This document shows, one piece after another, positions 8,701 to 20,700 of a DNA stretch of 64,000 bases (position 1 is the first letter of the stretch; every line of letters starts with the position of its first letter). Origin of the DNA: Eledone cirrhosa (taxonomy: Eukaryota); contig OZ024743.1 of assembly GCA_964016885.1 (NCBI GenBank), forward strand, positions 277,202,001-277,266,000, written 5' to 3'. Position numbers and translations under genes: made by a program. The notes beneath the pieces are model-generated. The model was not told the origin of the DNA, ran no database searches, and worked only from the letters and a program-made list of their open reading frames with translations.

Positions 8701-11700
8701 GGTTGTGGTTGGCGTTTTGGTGGTTGTGGTTGGCGTTGTGGTGGTTGTGGTTGGCGTTGTGGTAGTTGTGGTGGTTGTGGTTGGCGTTGTGGTGGATGTG
8801 GTTGGCGTTGTGGTTGGCGTTGTGGTTGTTGTGGTTGGCGTTGTGATGGTTGTGGTTGGCGTTGTGGTGGTTGTGGTTGGCGTTGTGGTTGGCGTTGTGG
8901 TGGTTGTGGTTGGCGTTGTGGTGGTTGTGGTTGGCGTTGTGGTGGTTGTGGTTGGCGTTGTGGTGGTTGTGGTGGTTGTGGTTGGCGTTGTTGTGGTTGT
9001 GGTTGGCGTTGTGGTGGTTGTGGTTGGCGTTGTGGTTGGCGTTGTGGTGGTTGTGGTTGGCGTTGTGGTGGTTGTGGTTGGCGTTGTGGTTGGCGTTGTG
9101 GTTGTTGTGGTTGGCGTTGTGGTGGTTGTGATTGGCGTTGTGGTGGTTGTGGTTGGCGTTGTGGTTGGCGTTGTGGTGGTTGTGGTTGGCGTTGTGGTGG
9201 TTGTGGTTGGCGTTGTGGTTGGCGTTGTGGTTGTTGTGGTTGGCGTTGTGGTGGTTGTGGTTGGCGTTGTGGTGGTTGTGGTTGGCGTTGTGGTGGTTGT
9301 GGTTGGCGTTGTGGTTGGCGTTGTGGTGGTTGTGGTTGGCGTTGTGGTTGTTGTGGTTGGAGTTGTGGTGGTTGTGGTTGGCGTTGTGGTTGTTGTGGTT
9401 GGCGTTGTGGTTGTTGTGGTTGGAGTTGTGGTGGTGGTGGTTGGCGTTGTGGTTGTTGTGGTTGGCGTTCTGGTTGTTGTGGTTGGCGTTGTGGTGGTTG
9501 TGGTGGTTGTGGTTGTTGTGGTTGGCGTTGTGGTTGTTGTGGTTGGCGTTGTGTTGGTTTTGGTTGGCGTTGTGGTTGTTGTGGTTGGCGTTGTGGTTGT
9601 TGTGGTTGGCGTTGTGGTGGTTGTGGTGGTTGTGGTTGTTGTGGCTGGCGTTGTGGTGGTTGTGGTTGGCGTTGTGGTGGTTGTGGTTGGCGTTGTGGTG
9701 GTTGTGGTTGGCGTTGTGGTGGTTGTGGTTGGCGTTGTGGTTGGAGTTGTGGTGGTTGTGGTTGGCGTTGTGGTTGTTGTGGTTGGCGTTGTGGTTGTTG
9801 TGGTTGGCGTTGTGGTTGTTGTGGTTGGCGTTGTGGTGGTTGTGGTTGGCGTTGTGGTGGTTGTGGTTGGCGTTGTGGTTGGCGTTGTGGTGGTTGTGGT
9901 TGGCGTTGTGGTGGTTGTGGTTGGTGTTGGGGTGGTTGTGGTCGGCGTTGTGGTTGTTGTGGTTGGCGTTGTGGTGGTTGTGGTTGGCGTTGTGGTGGTT
10001 GTGGTTGGCGTTGTGGTTGGCGTTGTGGTGGTTGTGGTTGGCGTTGTGGTGGTTGTGGTTGGCGTTGTGGTGGTTGTGGTTGGCGTTGTGGTGGTTTTGG
10101 TTGGCGTTGTGGTAGGAGTTGTGGTAGTTGTGGTTGGCGTTGTGGTTGTTGTGGTTGGCGTTGTGGTTGTTGTGGTTGGCGTTGTGGTGGTTGTGGTTGG
10201 CGTTGTGCTAGTTGTGGTTGGCGTTGTGGTTGGCGTTGTGGTGGTTGTGGTTGGCGATGTGGTGGTTGTGGTTGGCGTTGTGGTGGTTGTGGTTGGCGTT
10301 GTGGTGGTTGTGGTTGGCGTTGTGGTTGTTGTGGTTGGCGTTGTGGTGGTTGTGGTTGGCGTTGTGGTGGTTGTGGTTGGCGTTGTGGTGGTTGTGGTTG
10401 GCGTTGTGGTGGTTGTGGTGGTTGTGGTTGGCGTTGTGGTGGTTGTGGTTGGCGTTGTGGTGGTTGTGGTTGGCGTTGTGGTGGTTGTGGTTGTGGTTGG
10501 CGTTGTGGTGGTTGTGGTTGGCGTTGTGGTTGTTGTGGTTGGCGTTCTGGTTGTTGTGGTTGGCGTTGTGGTGGTTGTGGTGGTTGTGGTTGTTGTGGTT
10601 GGCGTTGTGGTTGTTGTGGTTGGCGTTGTGGTGGTTTTGGTTGGCGTTGTGGTTGTTGTGGTTGGCGTTGTGGTTGTTGTGGTTGGCGTTGTGGTGGTTG
10701 TGGTGGTTGTGGTTGTTGTGGTTGGCGTTGTGGTTGTTGTGGTTGGCGTTGTGGTGGTTGTGGTTGGCGTTGTGGTGGTTGTGGTTGGCGTTGTGGTGGT
10801 TGTGGTTGGCGTTGTGGTTGGAGTTGTGGTGGTTGTGGTTGGCGTTGTGGTTGTTGTGGTTGGCGTTGTGGTTGTTGTGGTTGGCGTTGTGGTTGTTGTG
10901 GTTGGCGTTGTGGTGGTTGTGGTTGGCGTTGTGGTTGGCGTTGTGGTGGTTGTGGTTGGCGTTGTGGTGGTTGTGGTTGGTGTTGGGGTGGTTGTGGTCG
11001 GCGTTGTGGTTGTTGTGGTTGGGGTTGTGGTGGTTGTGGTTGGCGTTGTGGTGGTTGTGGTTGGCGTTGTGGTTGGCGTTGTGGTGGTTGTGGTTGGCGT
11101 TGTGGTGGTTGTGGTTGGCGTTGTGGTGGTTTTGGTTGGCGTTGTGGTTGGAGTTGTGGTGGTTGTGGTTGGCATTGTGGTTGTTGTGGTTGGCGTTGTG
11201 GTGGTTGTGGTTGGCGTTGTGGTGGTTGTGGTTGGCGTTGTGGTGGTTGTGGTTGGCGTTGTGGTTGGCGTTGTGGTGGTTGTGGTTGGCGATGTGGTGG
11301 TTGTGGTTGGCGTTGTGGTGGTTGTGGTTGGCGTTGTGGTTGGCGTTGTGGTTGTTGTGGTTGGCGTTGTGATGGTTGTGGTTGGCGTTGTGGTGGTTGT
11401 GGTTGGCGTTGTGGTTGGCGTTGTGGTGGTTGTGGTTGGCGTTGTGGTGGTTGTGGTTGGCGTGGTGGTGGTTGTGGTTGGCGTTGTGGTGGTTGTGGTT
11501 GGCGTTGTGGTGGTTGTGGTTGGCGTTGTGGTGGTTGTGGTTGGCGTTGTGGTGGTTGTGGTTGTGGTTGGCGTTGTGGTGGTTGTGGTTGGCGTTGTGG
11601 TTGGCGTTGTGGTGGTTGTGGTTGGCGTTTTGGTGGTTGTGGTTGGCGTTGTGGTGGTTGTGGTTGGCGTTGTGGTAGTTGTGGTGGTTGTGGTTGGCGT

Positions 11701-14700
11701 TGTGGTGGATGTGGTTGGCGTTGTGGTTGGCGTTGTGGTTGTTGTGGTTGGCGTTGTGATGGTTGTGGTTGGCGTTGTGGTGGTTGTGGTTGGCGTTGTG
11801 GTTGGCGTTGTGGTGGTTGTGGTTGGCGTTGTGGTGGTTGTGGTTGGCGTTGTGGTGGTTGTGGTTGGCGTTGTGGTGGTTGTGGTGGTTGTGGTTGGCG
11901 TTGTTGTGGTTGTGGTTGGCGTTGTGGTGGTTGTGGTTGGCGTTGTGGTTGGCGTTGTGGTGGTTGTGGTTGGCGTTGTGGTGGTTGTGGTTGGCGTTGT
12001 GGTTGGCGTTGTGGTTGTTGTGGTTGGCGTTGTGGTGGTTGTGATTGGCGTTGTGGTGGTTGTGGTTGGCGTTGTGGTTGGCGTTGTGGTGGTTGTGGTT
12101 GGCGTTGTGGTGGTTGTGGTTGGCGTTGTGGTTGGCGTTGTGGTTGTTGTGGTTGGCGTTGTGGTGGTTGTGGTTGGCGTTGTGGTGGTTGTGGTTGGCG
12201 TTGTGGTGGTTGTGGTTGGCGTTGTGGTTGGCGTTGTGGTGGTTGTGGTTGGCGTTGTGGTTGTTGTGGTTGGAGTTGTGGTGGTTGTGGTTGGCGTTGT
12301 GGTTGTTGTGGTTGGCGTTGTGGTTGTTGTGGTTGGAGTTGTGGTGGTGGTGGTTGGCGTTGTGGTTGTTGTGGTTGGCGTTCTGGTTGTTGTGGTTGGC
12401 GTTGTGGTGGTTGTGGTGGTTGTGGTTGTTGTGGTTGGCGTTGTGGTTGTTGTGGTTGGCGTTGTGGTGGTTTTGGTTGGCGTTGTGGTTGTTGTGGTTG
12501 GCGTTGTGGTTGTTGTGGTTGGCGTTGTGGTGGTTGTGGTGGTTGTGGTTGTTGTGGCTGGCGTTGTGGTGGTTGTGGTTGGCGTTGTGGTGGTTGTGGT
12601 TGGCGTTGTGGTGGTTGTGGTTGGCGTTGTGGTGGTTGTGGTTGGCGTTGTGGTTGGAGTTGTGGTGGTTGTGGTTGGCGTTGTGGTTGTTGTGGTTGGC
12701 GTTGTGGTTGTTGTGGTTGGCGTTGTGGTTGTTGTGGTTGGCGTTGTGGTGGTTGTGGTTGGCGTTGTGGTGGTTGTGGTTGGCGTTGTGGTTGGCGTTG
12801 TGGTGGTTGTGGTTGGCGTTGTGGTGGTTGTGGTTGGTGTTGGGGTGGTTGTGGTCGGCGTTGTGGTTGTTGTGGTTGGCGTTGTGGTGGTTGTGGTTGG
12901 CGTTGTGGTGGTTGTGGTTGGCGTTGTGGTTGGCGTTGTGGTGGTTGTGGTTGGCGTTGTGGTGGTTGTGGTTGGCGTTGTGGTGGTTGTGGTTGGCGTT
13001 GTGGTGGTTTTGGTTGGCGTTGTGGTTGGAGTTGTGGTAGTTGTGGTTGGCGTTGTGGTTGTTGTGGTTGGCGTTGTGGTTGTTGTGGTTGGCGTTGTGG
13101 TGGTTGTGGTTGGCGTTGTGCTAGTTGTGGTTGGCGTTGTGGTTGGCGTTGTGGTGGTTGTGGTTGGCGATGTGGTGGTTGTGGTTGGCGTTGTTGTGGT
13201 TGTGGTTGGCGTTGTGGTGGTTGTGGTTGGCGTTGTGGTTGTTGTGGTTGGCGTTGTGGTGGTTGTGGTTGGCGTTGTGGTGGTTGTGGTTGGCGTTGTG
13301 GTGGTTGTGGTTGGCGTTGTGGTGGTTGTGGTGGTTGTGGCTGGCGTTGTGGTGGTTGTGGTTGGCGTTGTGGTGGTTGTGGTTGGCGTTGTGGTGGTTG
13401 TGGTTGTGGTTGGCGTTGTGGTGGTTGTGGTTGGCGTTGTGGTTGGCGTTGTGGTGGTTGTGGTTGGCGTTTTGGTGGTTGTGGTTGGCGTTGTGGTGGT
13501 TGTGGTTGGCGTTGTGGTGGTTGTGGTGGTTGTGGTTGGCGTTGTGGTGGATGTGGTTGGCGTTGTGGTTGGCGTTGTGGTTGTTGTGGTTGGCGTTGTG
13601 ATGGTTGTGGTTGGCGTTGTGGTGGTTGTGGTTGGCGTTGTGGTGGTTGTGGTTGGCGTTGTGGTTGGCGTTGTGGTGGTTGTGGTTGGCGTTGTGGTGG
13701 TTGTGGTTGGCGTTGTGGTGGTTGTGGTTGGCGTTGTGGTGGTTGTGGTGGTTGTGGTTGGCGTTGTGGTGGTTGTGGTTGGCGTTGTGGTTGGCGTTGT
13801 GGTTGTTGTGGTTGGCGTTGTGGTGGTTGTGATTGGCGTTGTGGTGGTTGTGGTTGGCGTTGTGGTTGGCGTTGTGGTGGTTGTGGTTGGCGTTGTGGTG
13901 GTTGTGGTTGGCGTTGTGGTTGGCGTTGTGGTTGTTGTGGTTGGCGTTGTGGTGGTTGTGGTTGGCGTTGTGGTGGTTGTGGTTGGCGTTGTGGTGGTTG
14001 TGGTTGGCGTTGTGGTTGGCGTTGTCTTTGTTATGGTTGGAGTTGTGGTGGTTGTGGTTGGCGTTGTGGTTGTTGTGGTTGGCGTTGTGGTTGTTGTGGT
14101 TGGAGTTGTGGTGGTTGTGGTTGGCGTTGTGGTTGTTGTGGTTGGCGTTGTGGTTGTTGTGGTTGGCGTTGTGGTGGTTGTGGTGGTTGTGGTTGTTGTG
14201 GTTGTCGTTGTGGTTGTTGTGGTTGGCGTTGTGGTGGTTGTGGTTGGCGTTGTGGTTGTTGTGGTTGGTGTTGGGGTGGTTGTGGTTGGTGTTGTGGTTG
14301 TTGTGGTTGGCGTTGTGGTTGTTGTGGTTGGCGTTGTGGTGGTTGTGGTGGTTGTGGTTATTGTGGTTGGCGTTTTGGTCGTTGTGGTTGGCGTTGTGGT
14401 TGTTGTGGTTGGCGTTGTGGTGGTTGTGTTTGTTGTGGTTGGCGTTGTGGTTTTTGTGGTTGGCGTTGTGGTGGTTGTGGTTGGCGTTGTGGTGGTTGTG
14501 GTTGGCGTTGTGGTTGGCGTTGTGGTTGGCGTTGTGGTGGTTGTGGTTGGCGTTGTGGTGGTTGTGGTTGGCGTTGTGGTTGGCGTTGTGGTGGTTGTGG
14601 TTGGCGTTGTGGTTGTTGTGGTTGGCGTTGTGGTGGTTGTGGTTGGCGTTGTGGTGGTTGTGGTTGGCGTTGTGGTGGTTGTGGTTGGCGTTGTGGTTGG

Positions 14701-17700
14701 CGTTGTGGTTGGCGTTGTGGTGGTTGTGGTTGGCGTTGTGGTGGTTGTGGTTGGCGTTGTGGTTGGCATTGTGGTTGTTGTGGTTGGCGTTGTGGTGGTT
14801 GTGGTTGGCGTTGTGGTTGGCGTTGTGGTGGTTGTGGTTGGCGTTGTGGTGGTTGTGGTTGGCGTTGTGGTTGGCGATGTGGTGGTTGTGGTTGGCGTTA
14901 TGGTTGTTGTGGTTGGCGCTGTGGTGGTTGTGGTTGGCGTTGTGGTTGTTGTGGTTGGCGTTGGGGTGGTTGTGGTCGGCGTTGTGGTTGTTGTGGTTGG
15001 CGTTGTGGTGGTTGTGGTTGGAGTTGTGGTGGTTGTGGTTGGGGTTGTGGTTGTTGTGGTTGGCGTTGTGGTGGTTGTGGTTGGCGTTGTGGTTGGCGTT
15101 GTGGTGGTTGTGGTCAGCGTTGTGGTTGGCGTTGTGGTGGTTGTGGTTGGCGTTATGGTGGTTGTGGTTGGCGTTGTGGTGGTTGTGGTGGGCGTTGTGG
15201 TGGTTGTGGTTGGCGTTGTGGTTGGCGTTGTGGTAGTTGTGGTTGGCGTTGTGGTGGTTGTGGTTGGCGTTGTGGTTGGCGTTGTGGTGGTTGTGGTTGG
15301 CGTTGTGGTTGGCGTTGTGGTTGTTGTGGTTGGCGTTGTGGTGGTTGTGGTTGGTGTTGTGGTGGTTGTGGTTGGCGTTGTGGGGGTTGTGGTTGGCGTT
15401 GTGGTTGGCGTTGTGGTGGTTGTGGTTGGCGTTGTGGTTGGCGTTCTGGTGGTTGTGGTTGGCGTTGTGGTGGTTGTGGTTGGCGTTGTGGTTGGCATTG
15501 TGGTTGTTGTGGTTGGCGTTGTGGTGGTTGTGGTTGGCGTTGTGGTTGGCGTTGTGGTGGTTGTGGTTGGCGTTGTGGTGGTTGTGTTTGGCGTTGTGGT
15601 GGTTGTGGTTGGCGTTCTGGTGGTTGTGGTTGGCGTTGTGGTGGTTGTGGTTGTGGTTGGCGTTGTGGTGGTTGTGGTTGGCGTTGTGGTTGGCGTTGTG
15701 GTGGTTGTGGTTGGCGTTTTGGTGGTTGTGGTTGGCGTTGTGGTGGTTGTGGTTGGCGTTGTGGTGGATGTGGCTGGCGTTGTGGTTGGCGTTGTGGTTG
15801 TTGTGGTTGGCGTTGTGATGGTTGTGGTTGGCTTTGTGGTTGGCGTTGTGGTGGTTGTGGTTGGCGTTGTGGTGGTTGTGGTTGGCGTTGTGGTGGTTGT
15901 GTTTGGCGTTGTGGTGGTTGTGGTTGGCGTTCTGGTGGTTGTGGTTAGCGTTGTGGTGGTTGTGGTTGTGGTTGGCGTTGTGGTGGTTGTGGTTGGCGTT
16001 GTGGTTGGCGTTGTGGTGGTTGTGGTTGGCGTTGTGGTGGTTGTGGTTGGCGTTATGGTGGTTGTGGTTGGCGTTGTGGTGGTTGTGGTGGGCGTTGTGG
16101 TGGTTGTGGTTGGCGTTGTGGTTGGCGTTGTGGTAGTTGTGGTTGGCGTTGTGGTGGTTGTGGTTGGCGTTGTGGTTGGCGTTGTGGTGGTTGTGGTTGG
16201 CGTTGTGGTTGGCGTTGTGGTTGTTGTGGTTGGCGTTGTGGTGGTTGTGGTTGGTGTTGTGGTGGTTGTGGTTGGCGTTGTGGGGGTTGTGGTTGGCGTT
16301 GTGGTTGGCGTTGTGGTGGTTGTGGTTGGCGTTGTGGTTGGCGTTGTGGTGGTTGTGGTTGGCGTTGTGGTGGTTGTGGTTGGCGTTGTGGTTGGCATTG
16401 TGGTTGTTGTGGTTGGCGTTGTGGTGGTTGTGGTTGGCGTTGTGGTTGGCGTTGTGGTGGTTGTGGTTGGCGTTGTGGTGGTTGTGGTTGGCGTTGTGGT
16501 GGTTGTGGTTGGCGTTCTGGTGGTTGTGGTTGGCGTTGTGGTGGTTGTGGTTGTGGTTGGCCTTGTGGTGGTTGTGGTTGGCGTTGTGGTTGGCGTTGTG
16601 GTGGTTGTGGTTGGCGTTTTGGTGGTTGTGGTTGGCGTTGTGGTGGTTGTGGTTGGCGTTGTGGTGGTTGTGGTGGTTGTGGTTGGCGTTGTGGTGGATG
16701 TGGTTGGCGTTGTGGTTGGCGTTGTGGTTGTTGTGGTTGGCGTTGTGATGGTTGTGGTTGGCGTTGTGGTGGTTGTGGTTGGCGTTGTGGTGGTTGTGGT
16801 TGGCGTTGTGGTTGGCGTTGTGGTTGGCGTTGCGGTGGTTGTGGTTGGCGTTGTGGTGGTTGTGGTTGGCGTTGTGGTTGTTGTGGTTGGCGTTGTGGTG
16901 GTTGTGGTTGGCGTTGTGCTGGTTGTGGTTGGCGTTGTGGTTGGCGTTGTGGTGGTTGTGGTTGGCGATGTGGTGGTTGTGGTTGGCGTTGTGGTGGTTG
17001 TGGTTGGCGTTGTGGTGGTTGTGGTTGGCGTTGTGGTTGTTGTGGTTGGCGTTGTGGTGGTTGTGGTTGGCGTTGTGGTGGTTGTGGTTGGCGTTGTGGT
17101 GGTTGTGGTTGGCGTTGTGGTGGTTGTGGTTGGCGTTGTGGTGGTTGTGGTGGTTGTGGTTGGCGTTGTGGTGGTTGTGGTTGGCGTTGTGGTGGTTGTG
17201 GTTGGCGTTGTGGTGGTTGTGGTTGTGGTTGGCGTTGTGGTGGTTGTGGTTGGCGTTGTGGTTGGCGTTGTGGTGGTTGTGGTTGGCGTTTTGGTGGTTG
17301 TGGTTGGCGTTGTGGTGGTTGTGGTTGGCGTTGTGGTGGTTGTGGTGGTTGTGGTTGGCGTTGTGTCGGATGTGGTTGGCGTTGTGGTTGGCGTTGTGGT
17401 TGTTGTGGTTGGCGTTGTGATGGTTGTGGTTGGCGTTGTGGTGGTTGTGGTTGGCGTTGTGGTGGTTGTGGTTGGCGTTGTGGTTGGCGTTGTGGTGGTT
17501 GTGGTTGGCGTTGTGGTGGTTGTGGTTGGCGTTGTGGTGGTTGTGGTTGGCGTTGTGGTGGTTGTGGTGGTTGTGGTTGGCGTTGTGGTGGTTGTGGTTG
17601 GCGTTGTGGTTGGCGTTGTGGTTGTTGTGGTTGGCGTTGTGGTGGTTGTGATTGGCGTTGTGGTGGTTGTGGTTGGCGTTGTGGTTGGCGTTGTGGTGGT

Positions 17701-20700
17701 TGTGGTTGGCGTTGTGGTGGTTGTGGTTGGCGTTGTGGTAGGCGTTGTGGTTGTTGTGGTTGGCGTTGTGGTGGTTGTGGTTGGCGTTGTGGTGGTTGTG
17801 GTTGGCGTTGTGGTGGTTGTGGTTGGCGTTGTGGTTGGCGTTGTCGTTGTTATGGTTGGAGTTGTGGTGGTTGTGGTTGGCGTTGTGGTTGTTGTGGTTG
17901 GCGTTGTGGTTGTTGTGGTTGGAGTTGTGGTGGTTGTGGTTGGCGTTCTGGTTGTTGTGGTTGGCGTTGTGGTTGTTGTGGTTGGCGTTGTGGTGGTTGT
18001 GGTGGTTGTGGTTGTTGTGGTTGTCGTTGTGGTTGTTGTGGTTGGCGTTGTGGTGGTTGTGGTTGGCGTTGTGGTTGTTGTGGTTGGTGTTGGGGTGGTT
18101 GTGGTTGGTGTTGTGGTTGTTGTGGTTGGCGTTGTGGTTGTTGTGGTTGGCGTTGTGGTGGTTGTGGTGGTTGTGGTTGTTGTGGTTGGCGTTTTGGTCG
18201 TTGTGGTTGGCGTTGTGGTTGTTGTGGTTGGCGTTGTGGTGGTTGTGGTTGTTGTGGTTGGCGTTGTGGTTTTTGTGGTTGGCGTTGTGGTGGTTGTGGT
18301 TGGCGTTGTGGTGGTTGTGGTTGGCGTTGTGGTTGGCGTTGTGGTGGTTGTGGTTGGCGTTGTGGTGGTTGTGGTTGGCGTTGTGGTTGGCGTTGTGGTG
18401 GTTGTGGTTGGCGTTGTGGTTGTTGTGGTTGGCGTTGTGGTGGTTGTGGTTGGCGTTGTGGTGGTTGTGGTTGGCGTTGTGGTGGTTGTGGTTGGCGTTG
18501 TGGTTGGCGTTGTGGTTGGCGTTGTGGTGGTTGTGGTTGGCGTTGTGGTGGTTGTGGTTGGCGTTGTGGTTGGCATTGTGGTTGTTGTGGTTGGCGTTGT
18601 GGTGGTTGTGGTTGGCGTTGTGGTTGGCGTTGTGGTGATTGTGGTTGGCGTTGTGGTGGTTGTGGTTGGCGTTGTGGTTGGCGATGTGGTGGTTGTGGTT
18701 GGCGTTATGGTTGTTGTGGTTGGCGTTGTGGTGGTTGTGGTTGGCGTTGTGGTTGTTGTGGTTGGGGTTGAGGTGGTTGTGGTCGGCGTTGTGGTTGTTG
18801 TGGTTGGCGTTGTGGTGGTTGTGGTTGGAGTTGTGGTGGTTGTGGTTGGCGTTGTGGTTGTTGTGGTTGGCGTTGTGGTGGTTGTGGTTGGCGTTGTGGT
18901 TGGCATTGTGGTGGTTGTGGTCAGCGTTGTGGTTGGCGTTGTGGTGGTTGTGGTTGGCGTTATGGTGGTTGTGGTTGGCGTTGTGGTGGTTGTGGTGGGC
19001 GTTGTGGTGGTTGTGGTTGGCGTTGTGGTTGGCGTTGTGGTAGTTGTGGTTGGCGTTGTGGTGGTTGTGGTTGGCGTTGTGGTTGGCGTTGTGGTGGTTG
19101 TGGTTGGCGTTGTGGTTGTTGTGGTTGGCGTTGTGGTGGTTGTGGTTGGTGTTGTGGTGGTTGTGGTTGGCGTTGTGGGGGTTGTGGTTGGCGTTGTGGT
19201 TGGCGTTGTGGTGGTTGTGGTTGGAGTTGTGGTTGGCGTTGTGGTGGTTGTGGTTGGCGTTGTGGTGGTTGTGGTTGGCGTTGTGGTTGGCATTGTGGTT
19301 GTTGTGGTTGGCGTTGTGGTGGTTGTGGTTGGCGTTGTGGTTGGCGTTGTGGTGGTTGTGGTTGGCGTTGTGGTTGGCGTTGTGGTGGTTGTGGTTGGCG
19401 TTTTGTTGGTTGTGGTTGGCGTTGTGGTGGTTGTGGTTGGCGTTGTGGTGGTTGTGGTGGTTGTGGTTGGCGTTGTGGTGGATGTGGTTGGCGTTGTGGT
19501 TGGCGTTGTGGTTGTTGTGGTTGGCGTTGTGATGGTTGTGGTTGGCGTTGTGGTGGTTGTGGTTGGCGTTGTGGTGGTTGTGGTTGGCGTTGTGGTTGGC
19601 GTTGTGGTGGTTGTGGTTGGCGTTGTGGTGGTTGTGGTTGGCGTTGTGGTGGTTGTGGTTGGCGTTGTGGTGGTTGTGGTGGTTGTGGTTGGCGTTGTGG
19701 TGGTTGTGGTTGGCGTTGTGGTTGGCGTTGTGGTTGTTGTGGTTGGCGTTGTGGTGGTTGTGATTGGCGTTGTGGTGGTTGTGGTTGGCGTTGTGGTTGG
19801 CGTTGTGGTGGTTGTGGTTGGCGTTGTGGTGGTTGTGGTTGGCGTTGTGGTTGGCGTTGTGGTTGTTGTGGTTAGCGTTGTGGTGGTTGTGGTTGGCGTT
19901 GTGGTGGTTGTGGTTGGCGTTGTGGTGGTTGTGGTTGGCGTTGTGGTTGGCGTTGTGGTGGTTGTGGTTGGCGTTGTGGTTGGCGTTGTGGTTGTTGTGG
20001 TTGGAGTTGTGGTGGTTGTGGTTGGCGTTGTGGTTGTTGTGGTTGGCGTTGTGGTTGTTGTGGTTGGAGTTGTGGTGGTTTTGGTTGGCGTTGTGGTTGT
20101 TGTGGTTGGCGTTGTGGTTGTTGTGGTTGGCGTTGTGGTGGTTGTGGTGGTTGTGGTTGTTGTGGTTGGCGTTGTGGTGGTTGTGGTTGGCGTTGTGGTG
20201 GTTGTGGTTGGCGTTGTGGTGGTTGTGGTTGGCGTTGTGGTGGTTGTGGTTGGCGTTGTGGTTGGAGTTGTGGTGGTTGTGGTTGGCGTTGTGGTTGTTG
20301 TGGTTGGCGTTGTGGTTGTTGTGGTTGGCGTTGTGGTTGTTGTGGTTGGCGTTGTGGTGGTTGTGGTTGGCGTTGTGGTGGTTGTGGTTGGCGTTGTGGT
20401 TGGCGTTGTGGTTGGCGTTGTGGTGGTTGTGGTTGGCGTTGTGGTGGTTGTGGTTGGTGTTGGGGTGGTTGTGGTCGGCGTTGTGGTTGTTGTGGTTGGC
20501 GTTGTGGTGGTTGTGGTTGGCGTTGTGGTGGTTGTGGTTGGCGTTGTGGTTGGCGTTGTGGTGGTTGTGGTTGGCGTTGTGGTGGTTGTGGTTGGCATTG
20601 TGGTGGTTGTGGTTGGCGTTGTGGTGGTTTTGGTTGGCGTTGTGGTTGGAGTTGTGGTGGTTGTGGTTGGCGTTGTGGTTGTTGTGGTTGGCGTTGTGGT